Below are positions 10,831 through 19,844 of a stretch of 64,000 bases of DNA, in pieces (position 1 is the first letter of the stretch; the number at the start of each line of letters is the position of its first letter). The notes below the pieces were generated by a model. It was not told the DNA's origin. It searched no databases and saw only the letters and a list, made by a program, of their open reading frames with translations. The DNA comes from Candidatus Poribacteria bacterium (GTDB taxonomy: Bacteria > Poribacteria > WGA-4E > PCPOR2b): assembly GCA_965215015.1 (NCBI GenBank), contig OZ244042.1, positions 896,001-960,000 of the forward strand, in the 5' to 3' direction. The translations under genes were made by a program, and so were the position numbers.

Positions 10831-11364
10831 TTACTCTGTTTCAAACCATATAGACTTTATACTGCGCTTGCCAGCATTGCCTGTAATATTGCTTCCAGTC
10901 TTGACCATATCAATTCGTGTATACGCCTCAATTTCAAATGTGCCTCCCATAATGGGAAGGTCTACACTTGTCCACCCGTACCTACTCAATTCTTGATTAC
11001 CCCGCCTTCTCGATAGGAAGTTAATGTCATCAAGAATTTTATCCGTTTCATTCCAGGTGTTGGTATTATTTTTGACGAAGTGTTTCCACTCCCATTCGCC
11101 GGTGACCGCGACGCTAGTAGTATTTCTAGCAAAGACTCTGTGCCAGCAGTAAGTGGAAACATCGTTCCACTCCAATCTACCAACTTCCACAATCCACTCG
11201 ACACCTTCGTTACTGGTATCGTTTCCATGGACATGGCTATAAATCTCGTGAGGTTGAGTGTCCCCACCGGCAAAAACACCAACAGCAAGAACCAACGCCC
11301 CAGCTGCCGCCAAAACTAATATCCCCAGATACATAGGCTTCGAGTGTTGCTTTGTCCATTTCAT
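10831..11364 (-). CDS. Secreted beta-rich hypothetical protein (A', distant paralogue of A1/A2)
   Basis: AAGGAGG RBS; hydrophobic N-terminus ending VFA; shares WNDxxTYxxH..N..V..WxH and GT[FY]E[IV]ExxTxI with A1. Confidence 0.8.
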   Translation of the reverse strand: MKWTKQHSKPMYLGILVLAAAGALVLAVGVFAGGDTQPHEIYSHVHGNDTSNEGVEWIVEVGRLEWNDVSTYCWHRVFARNTTSVAVTGEWEWKHFVKNNTNTWNETDKILDDINFLSRRRGNQELSRYGWTSVDLPIMGGTFEIEAYTRIDMVKTGSNITGNAGKRSIKSIWFETE

Positions 11365-11460
11365 AATGAACCTCCTTGTGTTAAAACGAGTAAATATGTG
11401 GTTCTCTTTCTCACCAAGCGTTGACGGTGTTGATGACTTGGCTTCACGCTATTTAATTAG

Positions 11461-11477
11461 AGCAAAACCTATGCCAA
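11461..11477 (-). promoter_or_regulatory. Sigma-54 -24/-12 promoter (TTGGCATAGGTTTTGCT)
   Basis: Matches TGGCAy-N5-TTGC, ~100 bp upstream of A'. Confidence 0.8.
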
Positions 11478-11722
11478 CATTGTGAATGCAGTCAACTCTT
11501 CAGACTCGAACTTGCATAGTTGAACACTCAAAATCTCATAGTTCAGTGATTACTACACAACACAACTCACGACGGGGCAACTACAGTCAGACAGCCGGTT
11601 TGTCATAGGGCAATAAATTGCCCAACTACAAACAGAAGGGCGTAACTCCCCATTTATTTTTTTAATTTTCAGTGGAATCTAACCCCATGCCCCTCATTTC
11701 TGACTTTTCCCGTCCTATCACT

Positions 11723-11862
11723 TCGCAGCTTTCTGCGTTTAAATTTGCCTCAAAATCGGCTAAAAGGCAACACATAATCGACGGAAGCCTTGTGGCCACT
11801 GCGTTCCAGCAGGTTCGCAGCTTTCTGCGACGCTAATCCCCCGATATCGCAGCTTTCTGCGA
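11723..11862. promoter_or_regulatory. Putative enhancer-binding-protein UAS: three TCGCAG-N4-CTGCG(A) boxes
   Basis: Boxes start at 11723, 11815 and 11847; the last two are 32 bp apart. Confidence 0.6.
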
Positions 11863-11864
11863 AC

Positions 11865-12082
11865 TTGCGTGGATCGACTTCTCTTGATACCGTATTTATC
11901 CATTTTATATCTCAACGTGGGCTCTGGAATACCGAGATGGTCTGCCGCAGCCTTCTGGTCTGCAGTGCTTTCAAGCGCGTCAATGATTAAAACCCGATCG
12001 TACTCATCAACCAACTCGGTGAGTGCACTGAACCCGGTATCGGATTTTCTAACGGCGTCAATCTGGATATCAGTCCAGATAA
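11865..12082 (-). pseudogene. Copy of response-regulator 3' tail (Fis-type HTH); stop codon mutated to CAA
   Basis: TDIQIDAVRKSDTGFSALTELVDEYDRVLIIDALESTADQKAAADHLGIPEPTLRYKMDKYGIKRSRSTQ matches the C-terminus of the 21926-23320 protein. Confidence 0.8.
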
Positions 12083-12203
12083 CAAGCGTCTGCTGATATG
12101 CTTATGGGGATGAAATAGGGGGAGCAGATGTTGTAGGGCCCAACGATTGTTGAACCCTACAGGGCGGAGTTATCTAGCCTTATAGGCGGGACACATCGCG
12201 TCC

Positions 12204-13185
12204 TTAAGGGCGCAATACGTCAGATTTAATATCGCCCCAGAACAGGGGAAGGAACCACCGGGGCGTAATAAACAAACGGGGATCCCACTCATGGGCGGCA
12301 GTATCCGATCTCGGATTGTCAGTCAACTGTATTAAGACATGGTCTGCCAGACGGAAACGGTAGATATTCGACTGATTAGCCTTCCTACCGGTAAAGAGGA
12401 TGGACCTCCCATCAGCAGAGAAAGATACGGAATGCAAAGGCATCCGTGGCACCGGCACTCGATCCCACTTCTTCACCTTCCTCCGACCAATCGGATCCAG
12501 CGTGGCAATGACCGGAAAGGACTTGGCAACGCTTAAGTCAACTGCCTCCGCATACACAATCTGTTTCCCATTGGGAGACCACCCACCCAAGAACATATGT
12601 GCGCCTTGTCGCGATTGGGACACCTGGAAACGACCCCGGCCATCGGCGTTGACGACAAAAATCTCCCGGCGGCCAGTCCCTCCAAACCCTTCAAAGGCAA
12701 TCCGTTTCCCATCCGGCGACCACTTCGGTCTTGAGGCAAACCACAGGTCTGTGATTTGCTTGACGTTGCGCCCATCGGCATCCATCACGAAAATGTTAAG
12801 ATCCTTATTTTTACCACCGTTGCGACCGCTATTAAACGCAATCTGTGAACCGTCAGGCGACCAGGAGGGATAACCATCAATGCCGGGGTGGTGGGTCAGT
12901 CGCCGTGGATTGCCTCCATCGGCATCCATCACATAAATCTCTGAGTTCCTCTCTTTACCCCTATGCGGGTTCTTATCATCAGCTCGGTAACTATAGAACG
13001 CAATCTGTCGGCCGTTGGGAGACCAGGAGGGGGCAATATCACGCGCCTCGTTGAACGTCAACCGCGTCAGGTCGCTACCGTCAGAGTCCATCTTGTAGAT
13101 TTCCAGGTTTCCAGCTCGACTAGAATAAAACACAATTTTGCCCCAAAGGGGGCTCGTGGCAAGCCACGAGAATTGACATACGCAT
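12204..13185 (-). pseudogene. TolB/PD40-like beta-propeller (T4, subtype 1), frameshifted by an 11-nt deletion in the signal-peptide codons
   Basis: From the canonical ATG 13185 it reads MRMSILVACHEPPLGQNCVLF*; one TGGCTTGCC-NN unit is missing relative to T1/T3. The rest of the gene is intact; the track's GTG at 13199 overlaps the RBS. Confidence 0.75.
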
Positions 13186-13198
13186 AACGACACCTCCA

Positions 13199-13708
13199 CT
13201 ATTCTTCTGGGATATCAACGTGGCTCACATGTCTAGCAGTTGTCCAACTCGCTGTTTTAAACCCGTTACCATTCTCAAACTTAATTTGAGTGGTGCTCAC
13301 AAGTGGATGAAAGCCGGAGGGTATCCCCCCAGGGGTATGGGTGTTCAAATATCCCTGAACGAAATATGTATCACCCGCGCGTATTTTCGGTCGTCGATCC
13401 GAGTCGTTCTGCTCCTCGACTAAAATCTGGTCTGTGAGAACGATGTTCCCGTGTGTGAATTTACGTGTCCACTTATAGGTAAGTTTCACCCACGTGTTGG
13501 AGTTGTTTTCTATATCCATGTAATGGTGGCTATAGGTGTCCGTGTCATTCCACCAATGAGCACCGGCACCAATTTCATAGTCTACACTCTTCCAGGTGCC
13601 ATCGACTATATCTGTCACAAGATGATTTGCATAACCTGTCACCACGCCAATCAATAGAGCTGCTAGAGCGGTGAGAACCGTTGCCTTGAAACGACGTGAA
13701 CTTAACAT
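13199..13708 (-). CDS. Secreted beta-rich hypothetical protein (A2)
   Basis: AGGAGA RBS before MLSSRRFKATVLTALAALLIGVVTGYA; near-identical to A1. Confidence 0.85.
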   Translation of the reverse strand: MLSSRRFKATVLTALAALLIGVVTGYANHLVTDIVDGTWKSVDYEIGAGAHWWNDTDTYSHHYMDIENNSNTWVKLTYKWTRKFTHGNIVLTDQILVEEQNDSDRRPKIRAGDTYFVQGYLNTHTPGGIPSGFHPLVSTTQIKFENGNGFKTASWTTARHVSHVDIPEE

Positions 13709-13859
13709 GATGAAATCTCCTCTGATTGGTGATGAATGCTTTGGCATTCCGTTGGGTGAGAACCATCAACTTTGAGTTGATTCACATATCCAATGGATAT
13801 GTAGTTCTCTTTTTCACCAAGTGTTGACAGTGTTGATGACTTGGCTTCACGCTATTTAA

Positions 13860-13876
13860 AGCAAGACCTATGCCAA
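13860..13876 (-). promoter_or_regulatory. Sigma-54 -24/-12 promoter (TTGGCATAGGTCTTGCT)
   Basis: Matches consensus; identical to the copy at 21509. Confidence 0.8.
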
Positions 13877-14118
13877 CATTGTGAATGCGGTCAACGCTTC
13901 AGACTCGAACCTACCTCGTTGAACACTCAAAGCCTTGTAGTTGGGGAATTCAACACGGCACCACTCACGACGGGGCAACTACAGTCAGACAGCCGGTTTG
14001 TCATAGGGCAACAAATTGCCCGACTACAAACGGAAGGGCATAACTCCTCATTTATTCTTAATTTTCAGTGGAATCTAACCCTATCCCTCTCATTTCTGAC
14101 TTTTCCCGTCCGGTAACT

Positions 14119-14258
14119 TCGCAGCTTTCTGCGTTTAAATTTGTCTCAAAATCGGCTAAAAGGCAACACATAATCGATGGAAGCCTTGTGGACACTGCGT
14201 TCCAGCAGGTTCGCAGCTTTCTGCGACGCCAATCCCCCGATATCGCAGATTTCTGCGA
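14119..14258. promoter_or_regulatory. Putative UAS: three TCGCAG-N4-CTGCG(A) boxes
   Basis: Boxes start at 14119, 14211 and 14243. Confidence 0.6.
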
Positions 14259-14260
14259 AC

Positions 14261-14480
14261 TTATGTGGATCGACTTCTCTTGATACCGTATTTATCCATT
14301 TTATATCTCAACGTGGGCTCAGGAACACCGAGCGGGTCTGCCGCAGTCTTCTAGTCTCCAGTGTTTTCAAGCGCGTCAAGGATTAAAATCCGCTCGTATT
14401 CCTTAACCCATCCGGTGAGTGTGCTGGGCCCGGTATCGGATTTTCTAACGGCGTCAATCTGGATATCAGTCCAGATAACA
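14261..14480 (-). pseudogene. Copy of response-regulator 3' tail (Fis-type HTH) with internal stop
   Basis: TDIQIDAVRKSDTGPSTLTGWVKEYERILILDALENTGD*...PEPTLRYKMDKYGIKRSRST*. Confidence 0.8.
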
Positions 14481-14606
14481 ATAGCCAGTTGATATGCTTG
14501 TGGGGATGAAAGTCGAAGGGGTGAACATAAAACGGCATTTAAAGGCGACAATCCAAAAGCGTTGAGGTTTTTATCTCAGCAAGAAAGGGGGCGTCAATGT
14601 AAGGAT

Positions 14607-14649
14607 AAAAAAGCGGTATCATACCCGTGAAAAATGGTGTGACACCGCT
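14607..14649 (-). terminator. Rho-independent terminator after the lipoprotein triplet
   Basis: AGCGGTGTCACACC...GGTATGATACCGCT followed by a T run on the minus strand. Confidence 0.7.
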
Positions 14650-14677
14650 AAGTCCTGTTGGCATTGTAACTTCTATA

Positions 14678-15196
14678 TTAGTTCGATAAGAATTCATGTA
14701 TGTCTATACCCACTTCCTTAACATCAACGATTTTTATCCCTTCTGGGATTTCCCCGTTATTGAGTTGATCCATAATCGTATCGCCATCATTCTCACCAGA
14801 GGTCACAACGTGATGAGCAGACCGATATATTGTACCGTCCGGTTTTTCATGCTCGTCCCAGTAGACATAGGCGACCCCCGGATATTTAGGAAAGAATATC
14901 CCATTTCTACAATGGGCACCAATAAAATTGTGATCACCACTCTTCCATAGTTTAATCTCTGCCCGATTCAGTAATACCATATTTTCAAAAATAGTCTTAG
15001 GTATTTGCAATTTTTCTTCCTCAGGCAGCAGCCAAGCTACTGGAAATGGATAATCATCGGGTACTTCTGGGTAGTTGCGGGATTCTTCCTTCATACGCAA
15101 CTCAATTTCGTCCTGCCCCAACCTCGCGCAGCCCCACATCAGGGGCAAAACGGCGGTTACCATGCAGACGATAAACACGCCTTGGAGATATTTCAT
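14678..15196 (-). CDS. Hypothetical lipoprotein (L2)
   Basis: Lipobox-like LMWG-C; shares YPEVPxDYP, KLWxxGDHxFxG, YPxVAYVxW, PDGTIY and MDQLNNGExPxGI with its neighbours. Confidence 0.8.
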   Translation of the reverse strand: MKYLQGVFIVCMVTAVLPLMWGCARLGQDEIELRMKEESRNYPEVPDDYPFPVAWLLPEEEKLQIPKTIFENMVLLNRAEIKLWKSGDHNFIGAHCRNGIFFPKYPGVAYVYWDEHEKPDGTIYRSAHHVVTSGENDGDTIMDQLNNGEIPEGIKIVDVKEVGIDIHEFLSN

Positions 15197-15210
15197 ATTT
15201 TTCACCCTCC

Positions 15211-15720
15211 TCATTTTGATAAGAATTCGTATGGATCTATCCCCGCCGATTTATAGTCAACGATTTTTATCCCTTCTGGGGTTTCCCCATTATTGAGTTG
15301 ATCCATGATGGCACTGCTATCATTCCTACTCGTGGTCAGAACGTTACCAGCATACCGGTATATTGTGCCATCGGGTGCTTCCCGCTCGTCCCATTCGACA
15401 TAAGCGACATCGGGGTAGAGCGGGAAGAATAGTCCGTTTGAAATAACGCCGCCAGTAAAATCGTGGTCGCCTTCACTCCATAGCTTCACCATAGCCATAC
15501 TTAACAACTCCATTTGTCCAACGTCCTCCGGTGCAATCTTTACTCGCTCATCTTCGGATCGCTGCCAATAGACCTTATATGGATAGTCCTCGGGCACTTC
15601 GGGATACTCAAAGCCGGTGATCGACCGCCCTGCTTTTGACCCCAATATAGCGCATCCCCATATCATGGACAAAGCGAAAGGTACCATGTAGACGATAAGA
15701 ACCCACCGATGAGATTTCAT
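15211..15720 (-). CDS. Hypothetical lipoprotein (L1)
   Basis: MKSHRW...MIWG-C lipobox-like N-terminus; paralogue of L2 and L0. Confidence 0.8.
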   Translation of the reverse strand: MKSHRWVLIVYMVPFALSMIWGCAILGSKAGRSITGFEYPEVPEDYPYKVYWQRSEDERVKIAPEDVGQMELLSMAMVKLWSEGDHDFTGGVISNGLFFPLYPDVAYVEWDEREAPDGTIYRYAGNVLTTSRNDSSAIMDQLNNGETPEGIKIVDYKSAGIDPYEFLSK

Positions 15721-15731
15721 GTGTCCCCCTT

Positions 15732-16238
15732 TCACCTTGATAACAATTGGTATGGATCTATCCCCGCCGATTGATAATCGACAATCCGAATTCCTGATGG
15801 AGTTTCTCCATTATTGAGTTGATCCATAATCTTACTACTGTCATTTCCACCGCCTGTCAGAACATTGCTAGCATACCAATATATTGTGCCATCTGGCTCT
15901 TCGCTCTGTTCCCATTCGACATAGGCAACATCCGGGTAGAGCGGGTAGAATGCTCCATTTGTAATAACACCGCCGGTAAAATCGTGGTCGCCTTCACTCC
16001 ATAGCTTCACCATAGCCATACTTAATAGTTCCTGTGCTTCAAGACGATCCGGTGGTATCCCCGCCCGTTCTGCTTCAGAGCGTAACCAAATTGGTGTAAA
16101 TGGATAGTCAGCCGGCACTGGTGGATACTCGTTGGTTTCCTCCTCCGCATCTGCAAGGGGTTCGGGGGTAGACATAAAAGCATCTGTTGACAAAGCATCG
16201 AAGTCATCCGATCTGATGTTTATTCGGGCCATGGACAA
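15732..16238 (-). CDS. Lipoprotein-family paralogue (L0) lacking an N-terminal signal; possibly 5'-truncated
   Basis: Same conserved blocks as L1/L2; overlaps the upstream 78-aa ORF in a different frame. Confidence 0.6.
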   Translation of the reverse strand: MSMARINIRSDDFDALSTDAFMSTPEPLADAEEETNEYPPVPADYPFTPIWLRSEAERAGIPPDRLEAQELLSMAMVKLWSEGDHDFTGGVITNGAFYPLYPDVAYVEWEQSEEPDGTIYWYASNVLTGGGNDSSKIMDQLNNGETPSGIRIVDYQSAGIDPYQLLSR

Positions 16239-16440
16239 CCTGTACAGTCATGCTATAAAAGCCATAGCATAGACTATCTGGTGCCTTAACATTTGCCTTA
16301 GCGTATCCCTTGCCTGTGGCTACCCATACTCTGACATCTACGGTCACATGGTGATGAGCATAGCTACTATACACAAAAATTAAGGTAGCACAGAGTAGCA
16401 GGCAAACCGCAATAATTGTTAGGATTACTTGATTTCGCAC
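16204..16440 (-). CDS. Short secreted ORF, probably the N-terminal fragment of a beta-rich secreted protein
   Basis: GTG start after GAGGG; signal peptide ending SYA-HHH; only 78 aa. Confidence 0.5.
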   Translation of the reverse strand: MRNQVILTIIAVCLLLCATLIFVYSSYAHHHVTVDVRVWVATGKGYAKANVKAPDSLCYGFYSMTVQVVHGPNKHQIG

Positions 16441-16799
16441 TTTTCACACCCTCTATTGAGAAATTAAAGGTAGGGCTTACGCAGTTGCCCTTTTCAAGCT
16501 TCGTAATTCAGCAATTCAGCGTCTATGTGAAGCGGGTTAAATTACGAATTGTGCTACTACGAACAGAAGGGCATAACCCCTAATCCCAAGTTCATGCCAA
16601 ATCAAACAATAATGTCCCCAAATCAGTATTAATTTCTTAAAGGGAAGAGGCCAAAAAGCCCGTGCAGGGATTAGAACAGTTATATAGGGCAATAAATTGC
16701 CCGACTACAAACAGAAGGGCGTAACTCCTCATTTATTCTTAATTTTCAGTGGAATCTAACCCCATGCCTCTCATTTCTGACTTTTCCCGTCCTGTCACT

Positions 16800-16939
16800 T
16801 CGCAGCTTTTTGCGTTTAAATTTGCCTCAAAATCGGCTTAACAGCAACACATAATCGCTGAAAGCCTTGTGGACACTGCGTTCCAGCAGGTTCGCAGCTT
16901 TCTGCGACGCCAATCCCCCGATATCGCAGCTTTCTGCGA
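16800..16939. promoter_or_regulatory. Putative UAS: three TCGCAG-N4-CTGCG(A) boxes (first degenerate)
   Basis: Boxes start at 16800, 16892 and 16924. Confidence 0.55.
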
Positions 16940-16941
16940 AC

Positions 16942-17080
16942 TTACGTGGATTGGCTGCTTTTGATACCATCGCGTCAAGGATTAAAATCCGCTCGTATTC
17001 CTTAACCAATCCGGTGAGTGTACTGGGCCCGGTATCGGATTTTCTAGCGGCGTCAATCTGGATATCAGTCTAGATAACAA
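16942..17080 (-). pseudogene. Internally deleted copy of response-regulator 3' tail
   Basis: LVKEYERILILDA is joined directly to the last codons; HTH core missing. Confidence 0.7.
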
Positions 17081-17198
17081 GCGTCTGCTGATATGCTTGT
17101 GGGGATGAAATAGGGGAACAGATGTTGTAGGGTCCAACAATTGTTGAACCCTACAGGGCGGAGTTATCCCAGCCTTATAGGCGGGACACATCGCGTTC

Positions 17199-18188
17199 TT
17201 AAGGGCGCAATACGTCAGATTTAATATCGCCCCAGAACAGGGGAAGGAACCACCGGGGCGTAATAAACAAACGGGGATCCCACTCATGGGCGGCAGTATC
17301 CGATCTCGGATTGTCAGTCAACTGTATTAAGGTATGGTCTGCCAGACGGAAACGGTAGATATTCGACTGATTAGCCTTCCTACCAGTAAAGAGGATGGAC
17401 CTCCCATCAGCAGAGAAAGATACGGAATGCAAAGGCATCCGTGGCACCGGCACTCGATCCCACTTCTTCACCTTCCTGCGACCAATCGGATCCAGCGTGG
17501 CAATGACCGGAAAGGACTTGGCAACGCTTAAGTCAACTGCCTCCGCATACACAATCTGTTTCCCAGTGGGAGACCACCCACCCAAGAACATATGCGCGCC
17601 TTGTCGCGATTGGGACACCTGGAAACGACCCCTGCCATCGGCGTTGACGACAAAAATCTCCCGGCCAGTCCCTGCAAACCCTTCAAAGGCAATCCGTTTC
17701 CCATCCGACGACCACTTCGGTCTTGAGGCAAACCCCAGGTCTGTGATTTGCTTGATGTTGCTCCCATCGGCATCCATCACGAAAATGTTGATATCCTTAT
17801 TTTTACCACCGTTGCGACCGCTATCAAACGCAATCTGTGAACCGTCAGGCGACCAGGAAGGATAACCATCAGTGATGGGGTGGTGGGTTAGTCGCCGTGG
17901 ATTGCCTCCATCGGCATCCATCACATAAATCTCTGAGTTCCTCTCTTTACCCCTATGCAGGTTCTTATCATCAGCCCGGTAACTATGGAACGCAATCTGT
18001 CGGCCGTTGGGAGACCAGGAGGGGGCAATATCATGCGCCTCATTGAACGTCAACCGCGTCAGATCGCTACCGTCAGAGTCCATCTTGTAGATTTCCAGGT
18101 TTCCAGCCCGACTGGAATGAAACACAATTTTGCCCCAAAGGGGGCTCGTGGCAAGCCAGAGGCAAGCCACGAGAATTGACATACGCAT
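17199..18188 (-). CDS. Secreted TolB/PD40-like beta-propeller protein (T3, subtype 1)
   Basis: MRMSILVACLWLATSPLWGK signal; PD40 repeats; FWGDIKS tail. Confidence 0.9.
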   Translation of the reverse strand: MRMSILVACLWLATSPLWGKIVFHSSRAGNLEIYKMDSDGSDLTRLTFNEAHDIAPSWSPNGRQIAFHSYRADDKNLHRGKERNSEIYVMDADGGNPRRLTHHPITDGYPSWSPDGSQIAFDSGRNGGKNKDINIFVMDADGSNIKQITDLGFASRPKWSSDGKRIAFEGFAGTGREIFVVNADGRGRFQVSQSRQGAHMFLGGWSPTGKQIVYAEAVDLSVAKSFPVIATLDPIGRRKVKKWDRVPVPRMPLHSVSFSADGRSILFTGRKANQSNIYRFRLADHTLIQLTDNPRSDTAAHEWDPRLFITPRWFLPLFWGDIKSDVLRP

Positions 18189-18256
18189 AGCGATTTACCG
18201 GTTGCCCTCTTTCTTAAAGGTTAAGGAATGGGAGAGACTGGATAGACTCCAATCCC

Positions 18257-19219
18257 TCAGTGATGGTGCGAGTTAGACTTAATCTCCCCCCAATGCTTTG
18301 GAACCAGTCCCTGCGGTGCAACTGGCAGCCGAGGATTCCATTCGTGTGCTCCGAAATCGGTGGCAAGGCTATCTGTCAACTGTATCAGTTGACGATCAGC
18401 CAACCGAAAACGGTAAATATTCCAAATGCCAATCTTCGCTGCTATGAGGATAGATTTTCCGTCTGCACCCCACCCCAAACCTCGCACAACCAATAGGGGA
18501 TTGGGAGGTAGTCTTACCGTCTCAAACTCAATCACTTTACGTTTTGACCGATGAAGTGTAGCGATGACCATAGAATACTGATGAGCAACCCCATGGGCAA
18601 GCGGCGCCGTGATGACCGTATAGAGAATCTTTTTCCCATCCGGAGACCAGCCACCCAGACGCATTGTTGAACGGGGGACCGGTCTTGATACTAGCCCTCG
18701 ATTAGTGCCATTGACATTAACCACATAAATCTCCCCACCCTCCTGGTCAATGCTCGCTTCAAAAGCAATCCATTTCCCGTCAGGTGACCATTCCAGGTCG
18801 CCGATAAAGTCTGCCTCTATTACCAACCGGAGGTTATTGCCATCGAGGTCTATTGTATAAATACGACCGATATCTTCACCACGCAAAAACGCAATCTGTT
18901 TCCCGTCGGGGTGCCATTGAGGGCGTACATCAAAAGCAGGATGACGGGTTAGGTTACGTGGGTTACTTCCATCGGCGTCCATCAGATATACCTCAGCGTT
19001 CCCATCACGATAACTATGGAACGCAATTTGTTGACCGTTGGGAGCCCAGGTAGGCCACCTATCAGCGGCTTCATTGAATGTGAGCCGTATTGGGTTACTG
19101 CCATCGGAGTCCATCCTGTAGATTTCGAGATTTTCATCCCGTTTGGAATAAAACACGATTTTACCCTGAAGGGGACTCGTGGCAAGCCAGAGGCAAGCCA
19201 CGAGAATTGACATACGCAT
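18257..19219 (-). CDS. Secreted TolB/PD40-like beta-propeller protein (T2, subtype 2)
   Basis: ATG 19219; near-identical to T5 up to VIEFE; CGA->TGA shortens the tail by 12 aa relative to T5/T6. Confidence 0.9.
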   Translation of the reverse strand: MRMSILVACLWLATSPLQGKIVFYSKRDENLEIYRMDSDGSNPIRLTFNEAADRWPTWAPNGQQIAFHSYRDGNAEVYLMDADGSNPRNLTRHPAFDVRPQWHPDGKQIAFLRGEDIGRIYTIDLDGNNLRLVIEADFIGDLEWSPDGKWIAFEASIDQEGGEIYVVNVNGTNRGLVSRPVPRSTMRLGGWSPDGKKILYTVITAPLAHGVAHQYSMVIATLHRSKRKVIEFETVRLPPNPLLVVRGLGWGADGKSILIAAKIGIWNIYRFRLADRQLIQLTDSLATDFGAHEWNPRLPVAPQGLVPKHWGEIKSNSHHH

Positions 19220-19229
19220 AACGACACCT

Positions 19230-19419
19230 CTACTCTTCTGGGACTTCAACGTTACTCACATATCTAGCAGTTGTCCAACTCGCTGTTTTATAAACCCGTT
19301 ACCATTCTCAAACTTAATTTGGGTAGTGCTCTCAACCTTATATGTGCCGGGGCGTATCCCTCCAGGGGTATGGGTGTTCAAATACCCCTGAACGAAATAT
19401 ATATCACCCGCACGTATTA
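19230..19419 (-). pseudogene. 3' fragment of secreted protein A, with a frameshift
   Basis: ..RAGDIYFVQGYLNTHTPGGIRPGTYKVESTTQIKFENGNGF.. matches A1; the 5' part and promoter are deleted. Confidence 0.8.
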
Positions 19420-19524
19420 CGGAAGGGCATAACTCCTCATTTATTCTTAATTTGAGTAAAATCTAACCCCATTCCTCTCATTTCTTACTTTTCCTGTCCT
19501 GTAAGTTCGCAGCTTTCTGTGAAC

Positions 19525-19740
19525 TTACGTGGATCGGCTGCTCTTGATACTGTATTTATCCATTTTATATCTCAACGTGGGCTCAGGAACCCCGAGATGG
19601 TATGCCGCAGCCTTTTGGTCTCCAGTGCTTTCAAGCGCGTCAAAGATTAAAATCCGCTCGTATTCCTTAAGCAATCCGGTGAGCCCTTTGTTTTCAGGAT
19701 CGAATTTGCCAGGGGTGCCTGGATATCAGTCCAGATAACA
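19525..19740 (-). pseudogene. Copy of response-regulator 3' tail (Fis-type HTH)
   Basis: GKFDPENKGLTGLLKEYERILIFDALESTGDQKAAAYHLGVPEPTLRYKMDKYSIKSSRST*. Confidence 0.8.
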
Positions 19741-19844
19741 ATCTTCTGCTGATATGCTTGTGGGGATGAAATAGGGGAGCAGATGTTGTAGGGTTCAACG
19801 ATTGTTGAACCCTACGGGCAGAGTTATCCCAGCCTTTCGCGTCC

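Noticed and set aside
16584-16600. Sigma-54 promoter for the lipoprotein cassette
   Set aside because: The -12 element reads TGGG rather than TTGC; mentioned only as degenerate and not listed as a feature.
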